22,057 nucleotides of DNA from Ginkgo biloba. Lineage: Eukaryota > Plantae > Ginkgophyta. Below, in pieces: positions 11,719-22,057 of the stretch (position 1 is the stretch's first letter; each line of letters begins with the position of its first letter). Under the pieces are notes generated by a model, which searched no databases, was not told the DNA's origin, and saw only the letters and a program-made list of their open reading frames with translations. A program made the position numbers and the translations under genes. The DNA lies in the NCBI GenBank assembly GCA_024626585.2, contig JANKJI020000002.1, forward strand, positions 235,549,926 to 235,571,982. The letters are read 5' to 3'.

Positions 11719-13250
11719 ATGGATCCTAAAGTCGTTGCTCCTGAGCTTCCCACTATCTTCAACTTATAATTCATAGATATGAATTTTAGAAGGGAATTAC
11801 TAGCTAATAATAATTTAAAAACCTATAATGAAATTTACCATGTAGTGAAAAATCTAGAGAGTCTTTTTGTAGGAGGAGAAGAAATCTTGGTGATGATGTA
11901 GAATATAGAAGTGACCTCATGTCCATCAAAGCCTTAGGACTGCACAAGATAGCTACCATACCAGAGGTCTTCCCATGTAAGGACCTTGTTCCTCAAGCAG
12001 TGGCTAAATGCACTTTAGAATGGGAAATTATAGGCTCTCCTATGGGAAATGTGGCTATCATAAGTGGGTTAATGTTCTTAGAATTATATAAAATTCCACA
12101 ACTTGATATGGTCTATAATGCAAATTTGACTAAAGCCTTTATAAAAGGAAAGGACATTATGAAAATAGTCCTGAAATATTAGGCCACTAACCTTGACACC
12201 TTCAAGAGGAGAGCCCACCTAGACTACCCTATTTCATAATTCAGGAGGGGAATCAAGATTTGGATGATGTTGTTAAATAGGTTGTATGGTACAACTAACA
12301 AAGAGCATATGAACTAGTATTGGGTTCCCCTATTTGGAGAGATAATTATGAATGATAGGAAGATAGACCTATTAGAGGTCATTGCCTTCAACCTACATGA
12401 AAATTGGAGGATCGCCAAACTAGGGAGGGATTTCTTTATGGCTTCTTATATCGTGGATGCCTATTATTCTTATTTATATTTCCATCACCCATTATTTTCT
12501 ACATGGCCATACCCATCAAATGATCTGAGTCATATTATTTTTGGGACAATCTATGTGCCTAAATACTATAGTTATATTATCAGAATTCACACCCATTTTT
12601 ATCCCCCTACTTACAAAGCCATAAACTGGGATGACATGCCTAGGATCTCACAAGTAGTGAGGAAGGACCTAAGCTTGATTGAGGCATGGTGGTATTTTAA
12701 ATATGCCACCATCATAAGAATGGAAGGAGTACTTATCTCACCCACCACACTATCACCATATGTCCCTAATTATTTGATTCCCTAGAGGTAGCTAATCAGT
12801 GTAACTATGGTGTGGCAAGAAGGTGTAAGAGGGTGAACCAAAAACCCTATCCTTTCCTTATATTTAATATAGGNNNNNNNNNNNNNNNNNNNNNNNNNNN
12901 NNNNNNNNNNNNNNNNNNNNNNNNNNNNNNNNNNNNNNNNNNNNNNNNNNTCATGAGATGTTGGGATCCTTATGGCAAGGCGAAAGAGCACCTAAAGTCC
13001 ATTCAGAATAAGGTTGGCATAGTATACCAACACCAGAATTTAGAGGAGGATTGATTCTTCCTATACCCTGAAGACTAGGAAGAGGTAGAATCTAGGATAA
13101 TATACGCTCAGGAGTCATCCAAGACCTATGTAGAAGAGGTGGAAATAAAGGAAGCTAAAATAGAGGAGATAGATGAGGTGCTAAAATAGAAGTTTCTAAG
13201 TGGGATCCTGACTAGATTATTAGAGGTTCCGCTTGCCACCAGTTTTGATA
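11719..13250 (+). pseudogene. Decayed accessory (antisense) ORF of a Gypsy LTR retrotransposon, product unknown
   Basis: ORFs 11919-12182 and 12348-12785 are in one frame, and 12812-13054 follows after a frameshift. Motifs PEVFPCKDLV, LLNRLYG, WVPLF, FFMASYIVDA, MPRIS, WWYF...IIRMEG...P..L..YVP.YL.LEVA.Q and RCWDPYG resemble the extra ORF I associate with gymnosperm Gypsy elements. A Pro/Ser/Thr-rich tail runs to ~13660. Confidence 0.6.
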
Positions 13251-14829
13251 CCATGGTCAGTTCTTCTACTTCCCCTTACACTACATTATCTTTTGGTTCA
13301 GATAGTGAAAATCCACTTTCAATATGGCCCAGTGCTACTATCCCTCCAAGTATTACTACCAAACCTATTACAACTCTAGGCCCCTCCATCACTTTAATTT
13401 CCAACCTCTCCTCTATATCCTTTTCATAAAGCAACCCCCTCACCATTGAGGTAGTTACCATTGTGTCTACTATATATCTTCCTCTTCCTTTATCCTCTAT
13501 ATCATCATCATATCCATTCACCACCCTTCCCCTTGATTTATTAGCAAGCATAAGGGTTTCACCTTTCATCTCACTCCAACCTCTTATGGGGATCCCCTAC
13601 ATTCATGCTCCCCTCTCCACCCATTAACTTCCCCCTTCACCATCCTATAATTTATTCTTGACACTTCANNNNNNNNNNNNNNNNNNNNNNNNNNNNNNNN
13701 NNNNNNNNNNNNNNNNNNNNNNNNNNNNNNNNNNNNNNNNNNNNNNNNNNNNNNNNNNNNNNNNNNNNGGTCTACAACACTAGGCCTTGCAACTCAGTGA
13801 TAGGTATGAGTTAAAATAGCATCTTGAACAACAAACCATGAAAAACTTCCCAAAATAAGAGAGAAAGAGAGGGAGAAAATTTTTATAATATACCATACAT
13901 TAATTGGATGACATTATGAGACTAATCATAGAGTAAAATATCCTTAAGAAGGTGTCACTTTAAAATTCATTAGTAGGGATAGGTGAATCTAAAATAGACT
14001 AATCAAATAAAAATATCCTATTACAAACATCACAACATAACTAGAGACATAAGTAAAAGGACTTTTCTTGATGCTTTACCTATATGCAGTAGAAACATTC
14101 AGTTGCAAGCATCATAGCATAACTAGAGATAATTGCAAGGGAAAACCACTTGCTACTATATTAATATTCTTTAATACTCTCCTACTATTGGGGAATTTAC
14201 AATGGTCTAGACTACCCAATATATAACTCTACACAGAGATTAAAAACCACATAGAAACTAATTGCCAAAATGGTCCTATAACTTTTAAACCCTTTCTACA
14301 TGAAAATTCTTCTCTTTTATAAACGGCCTTCTGAGAGGCTTAGGTAATTGGTAGTAAATATTCCTATTATGAATGATAGCTATCTTACATGCCTGGTGGA
14401 TCATACTCAGTCAAAGAGGGAGATCATTATTGATTTGCATATTCTTGTAGTGCTAGGAGATGTACTGAGCCCTAACTGATAGGTTGGAGGAAAGGACCAC
14501 CAATCTCCTTCATGTTCATTTCCTACTCATTGAGTTAGGTAAAGTTGTGCCTATCCCACCAGGCAGGCCTTCACCATCTATCATAAATTATCATGAATAT
14601 ACTACCGCCCATGACCTCCTATTCTTCCTTTTGAACTAATTAACTAGATTAATGGGGAATATGTCAAAGGGGTGATGTTTCATTGATTAACTGGTGGCTC
14701 ATGCTCACCCTTTTTTTATTCCCAAATTATTTCTTCTAAAGACCAAAAATTATCCACACTGGGGTCTTAAGAATTGATCTAATAGAGACTCCTAGGAGGG
14801 CCTTCACTCCCACATATGTGTTCACTATA

Positions 14830-15865
14830 TTCTCATTTAAACATGATCCCTACACATGGAACCATATCAGGGATTTTGGACTTTGTGGTGTTCAGATGGT
14901 TCAATTTTCCCTCTACCACACCTCCAAAGCTAACATCAAGAGATGCGATATCATGACATATGGCATGATCTCATCATCTTTGAAATTGTGGCCCCTTTTA
15001 GGCCCTTCTTCCCTTTATCTTGCTTCAAATCTATGAGCTCCCAATATCAAGATATGTGGCCACATCTTAGGGGCTTGGGGTTCATGTCTCTTGAGAGAGG
15101 GTCTTTAACTATAGTGGAAGAGTATCTTGTGAACTCTGGCACATGGCATGCTCTTGTGGGATTTAAATCCATCACCTTTTGATGGATCCATTTCCATTTT
15201 CTTATGCTATGTTGAGCCATGAGTTTGCATGATGGAGATGNNNNNNNNNNNNNNNNNNNNNNNNNNNNNNNNNNNNNNNNNNNNNNNNNNNNNNNNNNNN
15301 NNNNNNNNNNNNNNNNNNNNNNNNNNNNNNNNNNNNNNNNNNNNNNNNNNNAAGTGTATCAAATTTCACATTAACTGTGAGAGGAGGTGTTACAAGATCT
15401 CGCTATATGACGTGATCACATGACCTTTGGACTCGCAGCCTTTTGAATTTTATTTGAGATTTTCAACCATCATGGGAGAAATAGATCACAAAATACTAAC
15501 ATGTAGAATGATTACATGACTTTAGGGCCTCACAAACCTTTGATTTTTCTTTGAAGATGTTGGATTTGATGGGAGGAGATGGCACAAACTTTTTCCATAT
15601 GTCATGATCTTGGGGCTCCTGATCCCACCACCTTTTGGGGAGCCCTTTTCCTTTAAATACATTGTGATTTTTGTGGGATCATAAGATGTTTCCACATGGA
15701 ATGATCTCAGAGACCCTAATCTCATAACCTTTGAACCCTTTCTTTTCTTTTCTCTTTCTTTGAATATTTGAATTCCTAGGATTAAGACATATGGCATAAT
15801 CTTATGAATTTTGAGCTTGCAACCCTTTTGGAAAAAATACTTCAAGGTTCTTCAATTATCATGAG
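14830..15865 (-). repeat. Same ~97-bp tandem array family, inverted orientation
   Basis: Reverse-complement cores gacatatggcatgatctc (~14955), ggcacatggcatgctc (~15138), catatgtcatgatctt (~15596), ccacatggaatgatctc (~15692) and gacatatggcataatc (~15787). The reverse complement of ~15625-15655 matches ~10937-10975. Confidence 0.75.
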
Positions 15866-15974
15866 NNNNNNNNNNNNNNNNNNNNNNNNNNNNNNNNNNN
15901 NNNNNNNNNNNNNNNNNNNNNNNNNNNNNNNNNNNNNNNNNNNNNNNNNNNNNNNNNNNNNNNNNTGATTTTCA

Positions 15975-16940
15975 TGATTTTGGAGTCTCTGTGCAAATTA
16001 CAAGATCATGCCATGTGGAAAGATCCAACATCACATCTCCCCTTATGGCAGGTTAAAAGGATTCAAAGAAATATCAAAATATCACAAGACTAGAATCTTT
16101 GAGATGCTACCACATTTTAGAATCCCAGGTACTCACAAGGTCATAAGAGGAAAAGATAAAGGATCAATCAGTCAAGACTGCATGAGCCCAAAGTCCATGA
16201 GATGATGCCACGTGTCATAATCTCAGGTGATTATAAGGTCATAAGAGGAAAAAGAAAAGGATAAATTAGTCAAGAATGTGTGAGCCTAGAGTCCCTAAGA
16301 TGCTACCACTTATCATAATATTAGGTACCCCAGATGCACACCAGTCCAAAAAGGAGAAGGCAGCCTCAAAAGGGTTGTGGGTTTAGATGACATGAGATTA
16401 AGAAATGTGTCTAAATCATGTGTGCTCAAATATTTATAAGAAGGAAGGAAAAAGGAACCCTTAAAAGGCAATCACTTCAAACTCCATGAGATCAAGCCAC
16501 ACATTTGAATATTAGATGATCTCAAGTCCATATGAAATGAGNNNNNNNNNNNNNNGAGGTGAAGGGGGCTATTAAAAAATCCAAGCAAGGCCAAAATTCA
16601 CAAGATCGCATCATGTGGCTCAATATCAAAACACCTTTCAACTTTAAGTACCATATTGAATACTTAAAAGACCATGATCCCTAGGTCCGTGAGATCATGC
16701 CATGCATTTGAATCTCATGAATAAACAAATAATGCAATATAATGAAGGGGAAAAATACCTCAAAAGGCTGAGGCTTCTAGAGTCATGAGATCATGCCACA
16801 TGTCTTAATCCTAGATGATCACAAAAATGTTATAAAAGGTTATTACAAAAATACCACAAGCCCAAATCCATGAAATACAACCACATGTCTCAATCCTGGG
16901 TCTCTCTAAGGTTGTATGGTATAATAATAAAAGGCAAGTT
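15975..16940 (+). repeat. Direct diverged copy of the 10575-11400 array, with a different unit number
   Basis: ORFs 10575-10793 and 16008-16205 are paralogous (MPYGNIQHHMSPHGKLKGFKE vs MPCGKIQHHISPYGRLKGFKE). Colinear to ~11390/16930, with an extra ~98-bp unit at ~16230-16325. Confidence 0.9.
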
Positions 16941-17516
16941 TAATCAATTAAGACACCTCGAGAACCCNNNNNNNNNNNNNNNNNNNNNNNNNNNNNNNNN
17001 NNNNNNNNNNNNNNNNNNNNNNNNNNNNNNNNNNNNNNNNNNNNNNNNNNNNNNNNNNNNNNNNNNNCATATTTCTCTAAATTTAGAGTGCTAGTTAGGA
17101 ATTTATTAATACTTAACCAAAATGTTGACTTTTTGTATTCAAAAAATGGATTAGGATATGCAACAATTGACTGAAATGGAAAAAAATATATATATTTTAA
17201 AAAGTTTCCAACGAAATATTAAGAAAAATCTAAAATATTGAACATAATGTGATTCTCAAAGTTTAAAAGATGGGAAAGATAACAATTAGGATAATGCCCA
17301 CTCAAATATAGAAGAATAGATTAAAAAGATTAATCAGCAAACAGGTCGTCTTGTTGGGTTGATAGGGGTTGGAAAAATTATAGGATAAAATATGGATATT
17401 AATGAAGACAATAATGGAAATTATCCAGAATCTCCTAGTGAAAGTATTCATGCTTCATCATCTTCAGACTTAGATACCTCTGATGTTCATGATGCCATGG
17501 AAAAAAGAAGACAAGG

Positions 17517-17895
17517 TCCAATGCCATAGAAAATGTTAGGGAGGCTCTAATATGAGAGGTTGCAAGTAATATGAATGACTCAAATGGTGAAGGAACCACC
17601 ACTGCATCTATTTTGGAATAAGAAATCATCAAACTAGGTCTTATGAATCTTACCTTAAGAGAAAATCTAATTGTTGTGAGGAAGGAAATTAACAAGATGG
17701 TGCAGGCACTTATTGAAGAATGCTAGGCCTATTAAAAAAAATGGGGTTATATCAAAGTTGTGGCATTGATCTCATTTAGAAATGATGGATTTTTAGGAAC
17801 CAAGATTGCTAATGCTATAGATAAGGTCAACCCAAATGGAGTTTTGTCTATTAATTCTTCATTTACTTTTTAGGCCATAGTCAATAAAGGAGAGG
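17517..17895 (+). pseudogene. CPN60A: Chloroplast chaperonin-60 alpha (RuBisCO-binding protein alpha) fragment, intronless over this span, with stops and frameshifts
   Basis: [65 protein letters not shown]..ARPIK...IKVVALISFRNDGFLGTKIANAIDKVNPNGVLSINSSFTF matches plant Cpn60-alpha [38 protein letters not shown].GL...ARPVK...IADAIDKVGPDGVLSIESSSSF. Confidence 0.92.
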
Positions 17896-18389
17896 ATCCT
17901 GAGAAATAGAAAGAGGAGTAGAAACTAAGTGAGAGAGATGAGGATATTCATACTAATGAAAATAATTTAACCAAGAAACTCTATATCACTTTGAATTAAT
18001 TTTATAGTTCAGTACTAGAGTTCAAAAATTTCCCTCTATTTATGACGAGAGAGAGCTATGCAGAGATTCAATTGTATAATTTTGGACTTATTGAGATAAC
18101 CCATGTTAAATCAATTGTAAAGGAGGTAAAAGGAATTATGGGTTCTTATCAAGACAAGTCCAATACATTCCTAGTAATGCAAAGAAAATCTAATAACCCA
18201 TGGATTTTTTGGGTGCTATTTGTCTTAAATAGGTGAATCTACTATCTACTTTTTCTTCTTATATTTGGTGCTTATGTAGGGGATAGGGAATTAGAGGTGA
18301 ATGTCAATGGAATTAGAGAAATATCAAGAAATGTTTCATTAGAGGAGTTTGTCATGGCCACAAAATATCATGGTGAAGACAACGTTGTG

Positions 18390-18530
18390 GAAAAGTACAT
18401 TGGAGCTTATGGAAATGGAAGTGTGGCTTGGAAGGCGCGAGTTGATGGTTGGAAAACTTAAGATAAATCATCCCATATGCAAAAGAAAAAAGGAAGATAT
18501 CCAAATGGAGGAGTTACAAAAAATGAGCCT
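18390..18530 (+). pseudogene. CesA: Cellulose synthase (CesA) N-terminal region fragment
   Basis: KYIGAYGNGSVAWKARVDGWK(LK) matches the CesA motif KDxxxYGxGxVAWKERVDGWKxKQ. Confidence 0.75.
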
Positions 18531-18559
18531 GAATATTTTGAACTTGATATTATACTTCT

Positions 18560-18915
18560 TATCATATTACCATATAATATTTAGTATGACCCATTATGTG
18601 AACACTTTCAGTCTCTGTATAATGATGTTAAGGGGTTTGCTAAGTGTAGGAGAGATATTTTATTTTTTCTTACAAGGAAATATGTTGTGTAGTTGAATTA
18701 AATTGATGATGCAAATAGTTATATTAGGACTTTTAAAGACATTCTAGAACACTCAAGTTTAAAGGCTCATACAATTCTAAGAGGAAGACGGAAGCTAGAA
18801 ATAACATTTGCTACCAAGTACAAGAGTATATAAGTTACATGTCGAGTGTTTAACAAAATATATAGTAGAGATGTGATCTCTTGGAATGTAATGATTTGAA
18901 TTATGTGCCATTTTG
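18560..18915 (+). pseudogene. PLS-class pentatricopeptide repeat (PPR) gene fragment
   Basis: KYKSI*VTCRVFNKIYSRDVISWNVMI (~18815-18897) matches AKCxSIExARxVFDKMxxRDVVSWNAMI. Upstream IF....VNTFS..MMLRG is weakly PPR-like. Confidence 0.7.
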
Positions 18916-19121
18916 GTAGCTCTAAAATAAGGTGACAGATCATGACATTCGAGAAATAGAGAACACTTATTAAAAGAAGAGTGTAATGAAAATGAATATG
19001 AAGATGAGGGATTATTTTGAGNNNNNNNNNNNNNNNNNNNNNNNNNNNNNNNNNNNNNNNNNNNNNNNNNNNNNNNNNNNNNNNNNNNNNNNNNNNNNNN
19101 NNNNNNNNNNNNNNNNNNNNN

Positions 19122-19824
19122 AATCAGTGAAAAATAATTGATAGGTATATTTTACATTCTCTTTGATTTCTTTTCTTAGTAAACATCATGAATTCCTACT
19201 ACATTTAGTAAAAAACAACCATTATGGATTATCTGATAAGAGTCATAGATCCCCACAAGAGAGTGGAAACACCATTGGGGAATTATATATATATTTTTTT
19301 CAAAATTTTAAGTTTATTTCTATATTTTCTAGAAATGATTGAATCATATATTCTTTTTGTTTGATTTTTTTCCTCATATAGGACAAATCTAGCATAATAG
19401 TGCATTTAAACACGATGCTTTTAGTGTCATTACAAAGTTTATTTTAGGCTTTATATAGTCAAAATTTTCTTTTTGAAGCTATTTTGTGCATGTAAGTGCA
19501 TCAATCTGCATTGATCAATGTAGTTTTTTAGACCAATATTCAATTTACTAGAGTTGTAAAAAATGCATCAATCTAATTTAATTAGCACAACTTTTTGTAG
19601 TGTGTGAAAAAGCACACTAATTTAGTTCAAGTGGTGCACATTTTATTTTTATATTTTGAGTCTATTATCAAGTCAATATTCATTGTATGGAGGTTGCAAA
19701 GGTTATTTTTTAGAATTAGTGTGTCAATTCTTTTTATTTAATTTTTGTAATTTTAATGCAATTTTATTTATGAAGAACTGTAAATCTCTATAATTGAAAA
19801 TCTCACTTTTTATGCATACACAAC
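19122..19824 (+). repeat. Possible LTR (non-coding, T-rich, ends ...CACAACA)
   Basis: Non-coding segment ending in AACA where composition changes. It follows gaagatgagggattattttgag, which resembles chromovirus pre-PPT sequence, but across a 100-N gap. No partner LTR is visible. Confidence 0.3.
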
Positions 19825-19899
19825 ATATCAAATCCTCTGAAAAGTGAGGCATAAAAAATTTAATAAAAGGAATTAGAAACCAAGATATGATTTACAATA

Positions 19900-20500
19900 A
19901 TAACATTGTTTGATAGGGCATGCATAGGAGAAAACTATCCCCATGAATCATAATCGGCCAAAACATAGGTCATCTTAGACAAAATTAGGCCTTAAATAAA
20001 AATCCTTGATTTGTGATGGCAAGTGAGAGATCCCTTAAATTAAGTCGAAGGTATTTTAAGATATGCTCAACATAATGCTAACTAGATCCACTTGGTTGCT
20101 AGTACATATTAAGGTAGACAAGAATTGTATATATCCTACCCTATAGTCAAGCTAATACCTTAACTTTGCCTTCCCACTTGATTAAAACCATCAAGTTGGT
20201 TTATTGTTCCACACAAGAATTTAGATTTTATCACTAAAGATACTTATGTCCAAGTATTTTCCATTGAGAAGAACTAGAGGTCATGAATGGTAATCTCCTT
20301 TAGATGCAAGTGAGCTTTTGGTTTACCAAAGGCGTACCCTTTTGAGACCAAATACATGCCATTAAAATTAAATTGATAACATTAGACTTATAAGTTCATT
20401 TTAAAAATTGTTCAACTTGACAATACCTTACATCATCATTTGTTAATTTAAATTCATTGGGAACCTAATAACTCATGCTTAGGGACTTATATAAGCTAAC
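19900..20500 (-). mobile_element. Possible degenerate LINE ORF2 fragment (RT C-terminal region)
   Basis: Minus-strand remnants in LINE order: KYLDISIF (cf. KYLGxPx), KWEGK...GRI (cf. WxGKxLSxAGRx), LKIP...RIFI*G (cf. RxFxWxG), SW....CMP (cf. xSWxxxCxPK). Confidence 0.4.
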
Positions 20501-20997
20501 CATTCATCACTATTGGCCAACAATATGGCTTATCACATTTGCATTATTTTATTNNNNNNNNNNNNNNNNNNNNNNNNNNNNNNNNNNNNNNNNNNNNNNN
20601 NNNNNNNNNNNNNNNNNNNNNNNNNNNNNNNNNNNNNNNNNNNNNNNNNNNNNGAAACTACAAATTATGAGCAAAGTAGACGTTGGTTATTATTTAGGAT
20701 TAGGAGGTCCATTTTGAGTATATAAGTGTATTTAAGTCTTATTTATAATTTATACTTATGTGATTTGAAATATTTACGGAGAATTTTAGTCATTATTAAC
20801 TTTTGAGCTCAAGTGATACACTTTGTGATATTATAAACTCATATTAAGATCTATTTATCTTTTGTGGTATGGTTATTCATTTCATGGTGCATGAGTCATC
20901 TATGTAATATTGCATTACTATGTTTTATATTAATTTATATGAATTTAATGTAATATAACTAGTTTGGATCACTACATGCCCTTGTATGGATGGACAC

Positions 20998-21408
20998 TAG
21001 TGGGATTGTTGGACAAAGAATTTGACTTATGTTGGATATGACCTTGACCGACACTCACAAAGGAGAACCCACCAATAGTGTCAGAAAGGAATGGGTCGAC
21101 ACTAACACCAAATAATAGTAGANNNNNNNNNNNNNNNNNNNNNNCACCAAAAAAGGTCAGAGAAACTATAAAAGCAAAAGAGTGACATTGTCTCACTAAC
21201 TTAGAGGGAAAGGACTGACATAAGTCATGGAATTTTGTAACTGTTGTGACAGTTATGTAACCATCTGCACATTGTATATATATGAATATTATAGGCTAAT
21301 AAGAGGGGGATGATCATTATGGTGTAATGAGATTTCATTGTTGTATGTACATCTACATGACCTATAATATAATGCCTTGGATGGTTTTTCACATATTCAT
21401 GTACAATG
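20998..21408 (+). repeat. Possible Copia-type PPT and start of an LTR
   Basis: TAGTGGGAT-TGTTGGA resembles Copia PPT/LTR junctions (AAGTGGGAGATTGTTG). A TATA-like tatatatatg lies at ~21275. The end is hidden by a gap. Confidence 0.3.
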
Positions 21409-22057
21409 NNNNNNNNNNNNNNNNNNNNNNNNNNNNNNNNNNNNNNNNNNNNNNNNNNNNNNNNNNNNNNNNNNNNNNNNNNNNNNNNNNNNNNNNNNNN
21501 NNNNNNNNNNNNNNNNNNNNNNNNNNNNNNNNNNNNNNNNNNNNNNNNNNNNNNATTATTAAATAACCCAATTTAATACAATCCTATATGGCCTCCCTTG
21601 CAACCCAATATCCCATTGAATATGTCTAAGTTTCATGCATAATCAGATGAGGATCCTTCCAATCATGTTATGGCCTACAACATTTGGTTAAAAAAAAAAA
21701 TACATGCAATAACCCATCAATTTAATTGAGTTTATTCTCTACATCTCTAGTTGGACCTTTAGCTAGGTGATTCATCAGTCTACCTCATTCTTTGATTTTA
21801 AATTTTGAATATTTAAACAATATATCTTACATATTTTAAAGTTCTAACAAGGCAAGAAATTGAACTTATTATTCTTATGAAAATAAGACAAGATCCTAGA
21901 ACATACTTTACCACTCACATTCATAATTGGCATATGGGTAGAGAGCAATGTAAAGATTATGTTCATCTATATTAAGAAATTGATCATCTATTTTAAGAAA
22001 TTGATTTTTTTGTACATAATCTTTTAAAAAAAATTATCCATTGAGTCCTTCTTTTCG

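Noticed and set aside
13276-13569. Minus-strand 97-aa ORF
   Set aside because: It is the antisense of the low-complexity P/S/T-rich tail of the plus-strand accessory ORF.
13769-14800. Probable retroelement UTR/LTR sequence
   Set aside because: No boundary, PBS or coding motif could be supported by eye, so it is left unannotated.
14818-16205. Short ORFs within the ~97-bp arrays (also 10575-10793)
   Set aside because: They arise from tandem repeat units, the unit length does not preserve frame, and no domain is recognisable.
17435-17695. Minus-strand 86-aa ORF
   Set aside because: It is the antisense shadow of the Cpn60-alpha fragment.
20475-21571. ORFs spanning N runs (also 6395, 7197, 7599, 12782, 15229, 16870)
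   Set aside because: Their length is an artefact of gaps translated as X.

Overview
AT-rich, strongly CpG-poor eukaryotic DNA from a seed plant. A gymnosperm/conifer source is likely, but that is inferred from the repeat families. There is no intact gene, RNA gene or CRISPR array; the window is a graveyard of decayed transposons cut by nine exactly-100-N gaps. In order: two diverged copies of a degenerate Ty3/Gypsy pol (minus, 1-3860); a better-preserved chromovirus-type Gypsy RNase H/integrase (minus, ~3950-5648) interrupted by a Ty1/Copia 3' end (PPT plus 194-bp LTR); an unidentified ~215-bp coding-like repeat on both strands; a faint LINE RT; the 3' region of a Tat/Retand-like Gypsy element with ~97-bp G-box/ABRE-core tandem arrays and a decayed antisense accessory ORF; a same-strand mosaic of intronless host-gene fragments (chloroplast Cpn60-alpha, CesA, PLS-PPR) that may sit inside a non-autonomous LTR element; then further LINE/LTR debris. 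All translations were done by eye and family calls rest on motif recognition, not database searches.
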